From IMG/VR virus record IMGVR_UViG_3300021964_007043: DNA of 64,000 nt, one strand, 5' to 3'. The notes under the pieces were generated by a model. That model was not told where the DNA came from. It was given only the letters and a program-made list of their open reading frames with translations, and ran no database searches. The stretch comes from a virus. This document shows, piece by piece, positions 37,673-46,319 of the stretch; position 1 is the first letter of the stretch; each line of letters starts with the position of its first letter. Position numbers and translations under genes: made by a program.

Positions 37673-38758
37673 TTATACTGATTGAGCAGCCTTAATGTAT
37701 TTGCCAAAACGATCGTGGAACTCATCAAAGCATTCCACTTCGTCTGGATCAATGGGCAATGCATACTGTGTTAGTGCGAGTTTAATACCCATAACAACTA
37801 ACTCAGTATCAAAGTTATCCATTGCAAAGCGCAGGAAGTTGTTGACTTTGTCATCAAACTTTTTGTCATTTTTGTCTGATGCTTCTTTCAACTCATAGCA
37901 AAGAGAAACAGTAAGGGAATACATAGCACTGATTTCTTTGTTCTGTAGCTCTTTGACCTTACCTGCCAAAATATCAGTTGGGTTGGGCATCTTTGACGCA
38001 ACTTTACGGTGCGCCATGAACTTGACAGCCAAACCTTCACCAACTGAACCTGATACAAGATCTGTTGTTGTTTCTTCATCGCCTTCGTCGTCAAGTAAGT
38101 CTGATACAAACGACCAAGAACGAGGTGTTGCAAAAGAACGGCTCGGTGACTTAGGATCAAAGTCATACAAGTCCTTCTTAGCAAACGTCAAGTAACCAAC
38201 AACATCCTTGTGAATATCGTTGTTAACAGCCCACTGGAACCAGTCGTCAAAGTCAACTGCCATTTCCAAGTGAACAAAACGGTTTGCCAACGGAGCAGGC
38301 ATACGATATGTAACACCTTTATCTGCTTCGCGGTTACCTGCCGCAACAATAAGAACATTGTCTGGCAGTACATATTGTCCTACTTTACGATTCAAAATCA
38401 ACTGGTATGCTGCCGCTTGTACTGCTGGCGCTGCCGAGTTCATTTCGTCTAAGAACAAAATAACGTATTTGTGTTTTGCAGCCAGTTCTGCGTCTGGCAG
38501 TTCTGACGGAGCTGCCCACACCATTTTGTTATCGTTAGCCGCATAATAAGGAATACCCTTAATATCTGTTGGCTCCCAAAGTGACAAACGAATGTCAATA
38601 ACGTGAGCATCCATATAATCACCAATCTGGTGAATAATATCTGATTTGCCAATGCCTGGAGGTCCCCAAAGGAAGATAGGACGCTTTTTAGCAAAAGCTC
38701 GTTGGATTGATTTCTTAGCCTTGTTAGGCGTTACAGTGCGTAGTGCTGAGTTTTCCAT
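37673..38758 (-). CDS. MoxR-like AAA+ ATPase
   Basis: Walker A GPPGIGKS, Walker B LFLDEMN, AAGNR, LANRF. Confidence 0.9.
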   Translation of the reverse strand: MENSALRTVTPNKAKKSIQRAFAKKRPIFLWGPPGIGKSDIIHQIGDYMDAHVIDIRLSLWEPTDIKGIPYYAANDNKMVWAAPSELPDAELAAKHKYVILFLDEMNSAAPAVQAAAYQLILNRKVGQYVLPDNVLIVAAGNREADKGVTYRMPAPLANRFVHLEMAVDFDDWFQWAVNNDIHKDVVGYLTFAKKDLYDFDPKSPSRSFATPRSWSFVSDLLDDEGDEETTTDLVSGSVGEGLAVKFMAHRKVASKMPNPTDILAGKVKELQNKEISAMYSLTVSLCYELKEASDKNDKKFDDKVNNFLRFAMDNFDTELVVMGIKLALTQYALPIDPDEVECFDEFHDRFGKYIKAAQSV

Positions 38759-38794
38759 TTGTATTACCCTTCTTAGTCATCAGTGCTTATTTCT

Positions 38795-38812
38795 AACTAT
38801 ACATATAGTATA
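38795..38812. repeat. 18-nt direct repeat, copy 1 (AACTATACATATAGTATA)
   Basis: Identical to 39728-39745. Contains the ACTATA-CA-TATAGT palindrome. Confidence 0.9.
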
Positions 38813-38834
38813 GCATCATTAGATTGTTTGTCAA
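38807..38834 (-). promoter_or_regulatory. Sigma70-type early promoter with extended -10
   Basis: TTGACA (38834-29), N16, TGn-TATACT (38812-07). Confidence 0.65.
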
Positions 38835-38837
38835 CCC

Positions 38838-39704
38838 CTAAATGCTAACATTTACATATCCATCTGCAATCGCTTGTGTATCGTTACCGCGACGCATTAC
38901 AGGACTAAATTTTAAGTTTAAATCGTCTATATTTGACGGATCTGCAATGTTTACAACTTTACGATTTTCTTGGTTAATGTAAATAATGTTATTCCAGCCA
39001 TCAACTTTTTGGTATTCGCGAAGCGCAAACTTGCCAACTGCTGTATTAAACTTTACTGGATCTTTATATGCGCCGCTAATAACTTCTTTTGCTAGTTCTT
39101 TTATATCACAATCTACATATAACTCTTTGAAGTAATCTTCGTATAGTTCTGGATTGTGAACTGCGCTCTGGTGCTCTCCAAATAGCTTCTTTGACTTTTT
39201 ACCAGGTACTGTACCGCTCCAATACTTTTTGTTTAAAGTGTCTACCAATCCCTTTTTAGTAAGTCCGGTCTTAACAGGCTTTAAACTTGCACCATCTTTT
39301 TTGATTTCAACTTTTTTGTCGCTATCAAATACACCGTCTGAATCATTTGAAAACCGATAGTTTGCTAAAATCAAAGGAAGAGCAAGTTCACCAGCACCTA
39401 CACCTTTACCGTTGTTATCCATTAACACAGTAAAAAGTTCCATAAAAACTTTATCGTTTCGTAGTGCTGGAGATATAAGGTCGTCTAATGTACAACGAAA
39501 GTTTTTATTAAGTATGGAACTATCTGTAAGATTGCTATCATCTTCTAAAAGATCAATAGTGTTTTCTGCATTACCTAAACCAGTTGCATCATAATAGACA
39601 AGATATGCTTTGAAGTCTTTTACAAACCGATCCGCGGCTGTATGTCCGGTAATACCGCGTTTCTCTAATAGAGCTTCTGCTCTTGTTAGGATGGTTGTAT
39701 ACAT
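38838..39704 (-). CDS. Putative PD-(D/E)xK nuclease-like protein
   Basis: GKGVGAGE...DSDG...VEIK resembles a type II restriction-enzyme core. Has its own promoter. Confidence 0.4.
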   Translation of the reverse strand: MYTTILTRAEALLEKRGITGHTAADRFVKDFKAYLVYYDATGLGNAENTIDLLEDDSNLTDSSILNKNFRCTLDDLISPALRNDKVFMELFTVLMDNNGKGVGAGELALPLILANYRFSNDSDGVFDSDKKVEIKKDGASLKPVKTGLTKKGLVDTLNKKYWSGTVPGKKSKKLFGEHQSAVHNPELYEDYFKELYVDCDIKELAKEVISGAYKDPVKFNTAVGKFALREYQKVDGWNNIIYINQENRKVVNIADPSNIDDLNLKFSPVMRRGNDTQAIADGYVNVSI

Positions 39705-39727
39705 TTTTGATTCCCTCTTGCATTTTC

Positions 39728-39745
39728 AACTATACATATAGTATA
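39728..39745. repeat. 18-nt direct repeat, copy 2
   Basis: Identical to 38795-38812. Confidence 0.9.
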
Positions 39746-39767
39746 ACACAACTACGGTATAAGTCAA
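39740..39767 (-). promoter_or_regulatory. Sigma70-type early promoter with extended -10
   Basis: TTGACT (39767-62), N16, TGn-TATACT (39745-40). Confidence 0.6.
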
Positions 39768-40147
39768 CCTTTTTTAGATCTGCTCATTGCTTTTGTTAGC
39801 CCATATTTACGTAAATCACCGCTAAAAAGAGTAAGCTCAACTGCTTTCCTTTCATTAGTTACTGTAATACTTCTGTTTGTAAGATAGTATGGACAATCAA
39901 TAAACTGATCTAAAAATATTATAACTTGTGTTGTAAGTGGCATATCCTTTGGGTAAGGGATATCATATGTAGCAAGTTCTATTTGCTGTAGCACTTCGTA
40001 TCCCCGATCTGTAAGTCGAAGACCGCCTGTTTCTTTGTTTCTAGTGTTTTGCCACCATAATGGCATATACTCTTTTACATTGGCATCTGTTGTACTTTTG
40101 CCAAGTTCTTTTAAAAATACCTTAGTATATGTTTCTTTCCAGTTCAT
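39764..40147 (-). CDS. Hypothetical phage protein
   Basis: 127-aa ORF, ATGA-coupled. Confidence 0.75.
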   Translation of the reverse strand: MNWKETYTKVFLKELGKSTTDANVKEYMPLWWQNTRNKETGGLRLTDRGYEVLQQIELATYDIPYPKDMPLTTQVIIFLDQFIDCPYYLTNRSITVTNERKAVELTLFSGDLRKYGLTKAMSRSKKG

Positions 40148-40437
40148 TCTTCTTCAACAACTAACTCGCCCTCAGTTAGTTTTACCACAGTAAAATCCTG
40201 TGAGTTAAACATCTTGTTTAGTTTTTCTGCAAGATTAAAAGCATGACCTGGATTGGAAAAGGAAGTCTTTTTATATTTAGGTCCGGGGTAGTTTGTAAGT
40301 GCGTTTGAGCTTTTTAAGTTAAACGGCTTGTTCTGATGAAACACTGCCCATATGGCATCTGCTTCAAGAACTTGTTCAGACCGATAGGTTTTATTATCTA
40401 CATACTCTAAAAGTACATTGGGCTTTGGTCTACTCAT
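40144..40437 (-). CDS. Hypothetical phage protein, probably late-expressed
   Basis: 97 aa. The RBS and start lie in an 11-bp hairpin preceded by a late box. Confidence 0.75.
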   Translation of the reverse strand: MSRPKPNVLLEYVDNKTYRSEQVLEADAIWAVFHQNKPFNLKSSNALTNYPGPKYKKTSFSNPGHAFNLAEKLNKMFNSQDFTVVKLTEGELVVEEE

Positions 40438-40473
40438 ATATACGTAATCCTTATTAACTACGTATATATTTAT
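40436..40473 (-). promoter_or_regulatory. RBS-sequestering hairpin with overlapping late promoter
   Basis: Perfect 11-bp inverted repeat, 40436-46 with 40459-69. The loop holds SD AAGGA. ATAAATA at 40473-40467. Confidence 0.7.
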
Positions 40474-40489
40474 CTCTTTAACAGACTAT

Positions 40490-40720
40490 TTAACCCCAGC
40501 CAGATCCTTGATCGAGTTTTATTTCGATTGTTTGATTATCTTCTTGTGATACTACTAGTTTTTCTAAGTCTCCGTGTAGACGACTCATTACAATACCTAG
40601 TGTGTACGCAAGGTTCTTTGCATTTTGTATATCAATACGAAGTTCTTTTGCACGACTGTTTTCAGCATTTTTTACTGCTGATATAAAGCGTTCTATTTCA
40701 CTTGTGTTAAGAGGATCCAT
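40490..40720 (-). CDS. Hypothetical phage protein
   Basis: 76-aa ORF in operon. Confidence 0.7.
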   Translation of the reverse strand: MDPLNTSEIERFISAVKNAENSRAKELRIDIQNAKNLAYTLGIVMSRLHGDLEKLVVSQEDNQTIEIKLDQGSGWG

Positions 40721-41189
40721 TTGCTTTACTCAATGCTTGTTTCATTTCTATATCAGTTTTAAATGGACCTTGGCTTTCATAACGTTCGATTGTGATTAGT
40801 TTAGGACAAAAACTTTTAACCCATCCTTTGTCGAAATGAATGATATAATAACCTGCACAATAAAGGCTTTTAGATTTTTCACTTTTAGTAAACAACGGTA
40901 ACTTATGTTTAACATCATACATACTATTGTACGGACAAACACTAGTAGGAAATCCGTGAACTTCTTTATCAGGTGTAACAGATTCGATATTTGTTGTTGC
41001 ATCACCCCATTCGATATCAATGCCAAACTTACGTTTCATTTGTCTTGTATTATCAAAGAAGCATGTTTCGGCAGCACTACTAAACATATAACGCTGTTCT
41101 TCGTTATATGACATAGTTCCTACACGTTCGCCATTTTGTTCTACAATCCAGAACTTATCTTTTAAAACAGGTTTAGCTTTTAATGTCAT
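40707..41189 (-). CDS. Hypothetical phage protein
   Basis: 160-aa ORF, ATGA-coupled to the exonuclease gene. Confidence 0.75.
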   Translation of the reverse strand: MTLKAKPVLKDKFWIVEQNGERVGTMSYNEEQRYMFSSAAETCFFDNTRQMKRKFGIDIEWGDATTNIESVTPDKEVHGFPTSVCPYNSMYDVKHKLPLFTKSEKSKSLYCAGYYIIHFDKGWVKSFCPKLITIERYESQGPFKTDIEMKQALSKANGSS

Positions 41190-42169
41190 TTAGGATACCT
41201 CGCTTGTAATGGTTCTGCAAAAGATGCTGCTTGATCTGCAATACGTTGCATATCCCACTTAGCACAGAACTTCATAAGACGCATACCAACTTGTGTAATG
41301 TCTTTAGGTTCTACTTCTGCAATGGTATTATTAATTATCTCTTTTATGTCAGCTGGCTGTGCAGTTAAGTCACAAAGTGTAACATTGCGATTGTAGTCAT
41401 CTAGCACACGATGTTCAACACCTTCATGATCTACCCAACGTTGTAGCATCATGTTATTCCAGTTATAGCCTTTTGTAGTCTTGTCTGCAAATGCTTCAAT
41501 AAGTCCGACTTTGTTCTTTGTGCCTTTCTTGCGTACACCAGGATAAGCACTAAACACATTATCACTAGTATCGCCACGCATACACTTTTCAAACAGCATA
41601 AAGTCAGGCTCAGGCGCAGGCTTTGCTTCTTTAGTTTTCTTATCTACTACAGGCGCACCTTTATCGTCAAAGTAACCTTCGTGTGTAATAGTAACGTTTT
41701 GTATACCGTTGTATTGACGTACATTAGGTGCAATCAGTTGTGCAAAATCACCGTCAGTGCTAATAATAACATGATTGTCATTAGGGTGTGATTGTACCCA
41801 GCCTGCAATCAAATCATCTGCTTCTAGTTGCGAATGACGCATAACAGTACAGTTAGTCTTTGTACTTACAAAGTCTTTAAACTCGTCAAAGATTTCCCAA
41901 AACACAGTATCTTCTTCTTGCTGTGCAGGAGTCATCGCATCACGAGTTTCTTGCCTATTACGCTTGTAAGGTTCGTAATAATCCTTGCGCCAGCTACGAC
42001 CTTCTAGGCAGAACACAACATGATCTGCATCGAAGTCACGCCATGCTTTCTTAACGCCACTAAGTGTAATATGTAGGGCCATGCCTACTTTTGTATCTAA
42101 GTCACCACGTACAACGTGCCGAGCTCTAAAGAAAGTGTTTGCTGTATCAACTAGTATATAAGTTGCCAT
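41186..42169 (-). CDS. 5'-3' exonuclease / T4 RNase H-like flap endonuclease
   Basis: ILVDTAN, YK.NR, EADDLIA, STDGDF.QL, GDTSDNV motifs. Confidence 0.9.
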   Translation of the reverse strand: MATYILVDTANTFFRARHVVRGDLDTKVGMALHITLSGVKKAWRDFDADHVVFCLEGRSWRKDYYEPYKRNRQETRDAMTPAQQEEDTVFWEIFDEFKDFVSTKTNCTVMRHSQLEADDLIAGWVQSHPNDNHVIISTDGDFAQLIAPNVRQYNGIQNVTITHEGYFDDKGAPVVDKKTKEAKPAPEPDFMLFEKCMRGDTSDNVFSAYPGVRKKGTKNKVGLIEAFADKTTKGYNWNNMMLQRWVDHEGVEHRVLDDYNRNVTLCDLTAQPADIKEIINNTIAEVEPKDITQVGMRLMKFCAKWDMQRIADQAASFAEPLQARYPK

Positions 42170-42563
42170 TTAGTTCTTCTTCCACATATCGTTTCAGTTC
42201 ATGATCACCGATGTTGTCGGGAATCTCATTCTTATAGAAAAGTCTATAGCTATCACTACCGTACTTCCCAATGCCATATAACATTGTAGCATCATTTCCG
42301 TCCCATGTCAAGTAATCTTTTGACATTTGGCGAAGACGCTTCTCTCGGACATTTAACATGCCCAAAGGTTGTATAATCATTTTGATTGTGTCTGGAGCAG
42401 TATTTATTAAGTGTACAGGTGTAGGACAAATGCCTAACAGCATAGGAAGAACACGCTTTACTTGTTTACGGTTTGTTTGATTCAAACAAATAACACCTAC
42501 CATGTGTTGCCACACAGTAGACACTTGCTGTTGTACCATTAAATCATCACGCATCATGATCAA
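42147..42563 (-). CDS. MBD4-like HhH-GPD DNA glycosylase
   Basis: W..MV..I.LNQT.RKQV, LG....R..RL, GIGKYGSDSYRLF...DH.L. Confidence 0.8.
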   Translation of the reverse strand: MIMMRDDLMVQQQVSTVWQHMVGVICLNQTNRKQVKRVLPMLLGICPTPVHLINTAPDTIKMIIQPLGMLNVREKRLRQMSKDYLTWDGNDATMLYGIGKYGSDSYRLFYKNEIPDNIGDHELKRYVEEELNGNLYTS

Positions 42564-42792
42564 ACTCTTGGTTATCTAGCCAACGATTTATTACATTTGT
42601 AAATCCACAGTACATAACACTATATTCGTTCATTTCTCTGTAAAACATTTCAAGTTCTTCAAACTGTGAAGGAGATAACAACTCAACTTCACTTACTTCG
42701 TAAAACTCACATACATATTCTTCTACACGATCGATAACATCTCTTTCTATATTTTCTTCGTGCTTATACATTCTATCCCAACTAAAAGACAT
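42547..42792 (-). CDS. Hypothetical acidic protein
   Basis: 81-aa coupled ORF. Confidence 0.65.
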   Translation of the reverse strand: MSFSWDRMYKHEENIERDVIDRVEEYVCEFYEVSEVELLSPSQFEELEMFYREMNEYSVMYCGFTNVINRWLDNQEFDHDA

Positions 42793-43178
42793 TATGATAC
42801 CTCCGAGCGGCCTTTATCAATCGGAACAACATTAATGTGTCCCATACCTCGGTCAGTTGACTGACCGTCTTCTTCAAGCATTTGAATAACAATAGTTTTA
42901 AACCAAGCATCAACAATCTGTTCGTTTGTTTCACCTTTATAACCTGCATCAAGCAGTTGTTCAATAAACTCATTATTCCAATCTAGTTCAAAGAAACCAT
43001 TACGAATGTTTTCAGGATTAACTTGGGTATCTAGTACAGCAACCCAAGGTTCGCCTTTTGCAGTAGCCGCTTCTTTTTCTGCTTCTAGTGCTTCACGACG
43101 TAGTTCTTCAGAAGTCTTTACTTCTTCTGTAGCCTGCTCTTTCTTTTTGTCTCTTACGAGTTTGTTCCACCAACCCAT
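42792..43178 (-). CDS. Hypothetical phage protein
   Basis: 128-aa coupled ORF. Confidence 0.75.
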   Translation of the reverse strand: MGWWNKLVRDKKKEQATEEVKTSEELRREALEAEKEAATAKGEPWVAVLDTQVNPENIRNGFFELDWNNEFIEQLLDAGYKGETNEQIVDAWFKTIVIQMLEEDGQSTDRGMGHINVVPIDKGRSEVS

Positions 43179-43378
43179 TATTTTTCATCCTTTAAGTATT
43201 CCACGCTTTGTGTCATACGTGTTATTGAAAAGTACTTAGGATCGTTATAGGTATGTGTACCTTCTGCTCTTAGATCAATATACATACCTTCCTTTTGCAA
43301 TGTAGCCCAAAGAGTGTTTAAGTCTTTCAACTGCTTTTTAAACTCATTAACAAGTTTTGTTACTTTTGGATCTTTCAT
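43178..43378 (-). CDS. Hypothetical protein
   Basis: 66-aa coupled ORF. Confidence 0.65.
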   Translation of the reverse strand: MKDPKVTKLVNEFKKQLKDLNTLWATLQKEGMYIDLRAEGTHTYNDPKYFSITRMTQSVEYLKDEK

Positions 43379-43536
43379 AGTCCTGCCTCCCTAGCACGTT
43401 TTTCTAAATCTACATCATATTCTTTTTCTTTACGATTTACTGCATCGTAAGAAGGATAACCTTTTTCGAATACCGGTGCTTCAAATGCTTGTTCGTGTTT
43501 CTTTGCTTTTTCCAATGTCTTAGGTCCCCCATGCAT
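43375..43536 (-). CDS. Small hypothetical protein (53 aa, MHGGPKTLEK...)
   Basis: 3' part of track ORF 43375..43938. ATG 43536 overlaps the end of queE. Confidence 0.5.
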   Translation of the reverse strand: MHGGPKTLEKAKKHEQAFEAPVFEKGYPSYDAVNRKEKEYDVDLEKRAREAGL

Positions 43537-44413
43537 TTCCGAATAGGCTGATGTGTAGTCGGGGGCTGAACCTCCAACCTCGCTCCATACATGCTTCGGC
43601 GACTTCTTTAACATTGAGGTTGTATTCTTCGCTACGTCCTCCAAGCGGCATAAGATATACCGGACACTCGACCCCGGCGCTACGATACTCTTCGACAGCT
43701 CTTGTAACTTCTTCGAAATCGTCAGCAGTAGCGACAACAAACTTGAGATACATGTCACTGCCGTCAACAAGGCTATACTCGCGAGCGACAGCAGGCAGTA
43801 TAGCAGTATCCCAAGGTTCTCCGCTAACACTAAGTTTTGGGGAACAAGACCACGTGACCGCAAATCTGTCTTGGTCTGTGAGATAGTTGAAGAAATCGTC
43901 GTGTAAATGTTGTGTAGTGTTTGTTTCAAATGTGACATTTTTTAAATCCTGCATACGTGGATGTTCGAACAAATCAATGTAGAGCTTTTGCCACGCTAAC
44001 AAAGGCTCTCCACCGGTCATAATCAAATGAATGTCTTGACCATTGTCCTGTGTCCACTTACCTTCTGGAGTAAGTGACAGCAAATGTTCAACTACTTCAT
44101 CAACTTCTGCTAGTTTGTTGAAGTCTTTAAACTCTGGATAGATACTTGCATATGTGTCACAGCCTGTGTGAATGATAGGCAAGTCATTAAACTCTTTTGT
44201 AGTCTTATGAACACCAGCATCGATAAGAGCTTTAACTTCATCGTTATACTTCTTACCTTCTTTGTGCAGTGTCCATCGATCTTTTGTTTCGCCTGTGCCA
44301 AAGTTCATGCAACGAAAGTTACAACCAAATGTTCTTAAGAACACACTAGGGACTCCAACAAACTTGCCTTCGCCCTGTACACTATAAAATGCTTCTGAAT
44401 ATCTTAACTTCAT
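43520..44413 (-). CDS. queE: 7-carboxy-7-deazaguanine synthase (radical SAM)
   Basis: EAFYSVQGEG.FVG.PSVFLRTFGCNFRC...CDT, TGGEPL, ETN, SPK, PRLH. Confidence 0.9.
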   Translation of the reverse strand: MKLRYSEAFYSVQGEGKFVGVPSVFLRTFGCNFRCMNFGTGETKDRWTLHKEGKKYNDEVKALIDAGVHKTTKEFNDLPIIHTGCDTYASIYPEFKDFNKLAEVDEVVEHLLSLTPEGKWTQDNGQDIHLIMTGGEPLLAWQKLYIDLFEHPRMQDLKNVTFETNTTQHLHDDFFNYLTDQDRFAVTWSCSPKLSVSGEPWDTAILPAVAREYSLVDGSDMYLKFVVATADDFEEVTRAVEEYRSAGVECPVYLMPLGGRSEEYNLNVKEVAEACMERGWRFSPRLHISLFGNAWGT

Positions 44414-45099
44414 CGTGGTGCAAACTCCTGTTGTAGTTTAATGTTGTCAAAGAACTCTTTCTTTGCACCTGGATCGTGTTTAAAACTACCTTCAAGTACA
44501 GTTGTCTGTGTAAGTGAACTATGTGCCATAATGCCACGATTTTCACAGCAACCGTGTGTTGCTTGAATGTATACACCTAAGTTTTGAGCACCAGTTGCAG
44601 CCTTAATCTCACGTGCAATATCGTTTGCAAGTTCTTCTTGCAGTGTACCACGTCTAGCACACCATTGTGCAATACGTGTGTACTTGCTAAGTCCGATAAG
44701 TTTGTCTGCGGCAATAATACCAATGTACGCTACACCAGTAACTGGCTGGTGATGATGTGAACATATACTTTTTAGTTCTGAACGTACAACTAGCATACCT
44801 TCATAACGGTCATCGCTATCATTTGGAAATGCTGTTGCGTCGGGTTTAGGATCATAGCGTCCTGCCATAATCTCATTAAAGTACATTTTTGCAAGACGTC
44901 TTGCTGTACCTTGCGAGTTAGGATCGTTATAGCGATCAATAACTAGTGCATCTAGTACTTGATTAAATGCTAGTGTGGCATCTTCAATAAGTGCTTCTTT
45001 GTCACCTGCTTGTAGGACTTCTGAGATGTTGTCACCTGCCCAATAGCGGATGCCAGCATCTTCTAGTTTTGCTTTTATTTGTTCTGCTTTGCTCATCAA
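44410..45099 (-). CDS. folE: GTP cyclohydrolase I
   Basis: SICSHHHQP, IGLSK..R, R...QEEL, A.HGC...RG, F..D...K.EF. Confidence 0.95.
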   Translation of the reverse strand: MMSKAEQIKAKLEDAGIRYWAGDNISEVLQAGDKEALIEDATLAFNQVLDALVIDRYNDPNSQGTARRLAKMYFNEIMAGRYDPKPDATAFPNDSDDRYEGMLVVRSELKSICSHHHQPVTGVAYIGIIAADKLIGLSKYTRIAQWCARRGTLQEELANDIAREIKAATGAQNLGVYIQATHGCCENRGIMAHSSLTQTTVLEGSFKHDPGAKKEFFDNIKLQQEFAPR

Positions 45100-45141
45100 T
45101 TTTTATACTCCGAGTTAAAGACGAGGATGTCTTATTGTTTT

Positions 45142-45170
45142 ATTATATGATATATTTAGGTTTTTGTCAA
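45142..45170 (-). promoter_or_regulatory. Composite sigma70 plus late promoter for folE-queE
   Basis: TTGACA, N17, TATAAT, with TAAATA (45158-53) inside the spacer. Confidence 0.7.
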
Positions 45171-45982
45171 TAGTTTTTTTCAATATACGGCAAGTAGTGT
45201 TCTGCTATTGCACTATGTACATCATATGTATAATGTTCTTTGTCTACTACGACCATTTTAGATATCTTCATTCGATGTCTTTCAAACAAGAAATCTTCGG
45301 CAGAAGTATATACAAACCTAACATTGTCAAAATCTTTGTATAAGTTTGTATTCTTAGGCAAATGTATTCTATTATTAATAGTCCAAACATAAACAGGAAT
45401 ATTTGTTTTTCTTACCATATGATCTATTACAGTAAAATCCATAAGGTATTCACGTAGTTGTAGATACGTTAGTGCTTCGTGCCAAAGTTTTGTATAGCGG
45501 TATTGGTTTTCTAATATTTCAAACTCTCCTTTTGGATTGTCTAAACTTCCTTTAAAACCTTTAAACTTGTCCCAGTATTCTTCATACTGTCCCATTAGAT
45601 TTTCAAATCTATTACCTGCATATTTTTTATCAGTATATCTATGGACTAAACCGTTTTTACTATCTTCACTTCTTTCTAAAAAAGTATCGTTTTTGTAACT
45701 TTCGCCTAAGTCTAAACTAGGATCATTCGCAACAAGATATCTATTCCAGTGTGTGCTTTGTATAAATATTTTTGAAATATCATACCTATCTAGCATACAA
45801 CTTAGCCATATAGGAAACTTTCTATTACAGCCTCCCGCTTGTGCGTAAATAACACTTGGTGTACTATTTTTTTCAGCGTATATTTCTGCATAGTTATTTT
45901 CAGTCCAGTATAGAGGTATACCTTCTTTGTTAATGGTATACCCTGCACTGTGACTGTCGCCTAAAAAAAGTGTAATAGACAT
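45167..45982 (-). CDS. SGNH/GDSL hydrolase-like protein
   Basis: FLGDSHS, AQAGG.N, C-terminal DKEH. Confidence 0.55.
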   Translation of the reverse strand: MSITLFLGDSHSAGYTINKEGIPLYWTENNYAEIYAEKNSTPSVIYAQAGGCNRKFPIWLSCMLDRYDISKIFIQSTHWNRYLVANDPSLDLGESYKNDTFLERSEDSKNGLVHRYTDKKYAGNRFENLMGQYEEYWDKFKGFKGSLDNPKGEFEILENQYRYTKLWHEALTYLQLREYLMDFTVIDHMVRKTNIPVYVWTINNRIHLPKNTNLYKDFDNVRFVYTSAEDFLFERHRMKISKMVVVDKEHYTYDVHSAIAEHYLPYIEKNY

Positions 45983-46185
45983 TATGCTGAGAAATACTTA
46001 TCTAGCATCTCAATACGATCTGTTGCAGAAGCCATTTTATCAAGTTCTTCTTGAATAGCTTCAACAATATCGCTGTGTTCACCAATACCTACACTTTGAT
46101 TCATATAAACTAGGATGTTTGTTTTTGCACGTTCTAGTTCACCTTCGGCGTGCATACGTGCTGCTTTGACTAGTTGTTCTTTCAT
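45982..46185 (-). CDS. Hypothetical phage protein
   Basis: 67 aa with AGGAG RBS. Confidence 0.75.
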   Translation of the reverse strand: MKEQLVKAARMHAEGELERAKTNILVYMNQSVGIGEHSDIVEAIQEELDKMASATDRIEMLDKYFSA

Positions 46186-46319
46186 TCTTTTGACTCCTTT
46201 AATCTTTTTTGTAGTTGTTTTTCTTCGTATTCTGCAAGTTTTTGACGATACTCGTCTTCACTTAGTTTATGCCAACCTATGCATTTTCCGGTTGGCGATC
46301 TTCCGCATCCACATGCCAT
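46182..46319 (-). CDS. CDGSH-like iron-sulfur mini-protein (45 aa; absent from the ORF track)
   Basis: Manual translation gives MACGCGRSPTGKCIGWHKLSEDEYRQKLAEYEEKQLQKRLKESKE, with C-x-C-x2-S-x4-C-x-G-x-H. Its TGA overlaps the next ATG. Confidence 0.7.
   Translation of the reverse strand: MACGCGRSPTGKCIGWHKLSEDEYRQKLAEYEEKQLQKRLKESKE

Noticed and set aside
43375-43938. 187-aa track ORF overlapping queE
   Set aside because: The 5' two-thirds is an off-frame shadow of the well-conserved queE. Only the 3' 53 codons (from ATG 43536) are kept as a probable gene.
45094-45141. Annotating a canonical preQ1-I riboswitch
   Set aside because: The loop is too short and the A-rich tail is absent. It is reported only as a low-interest structural observation.
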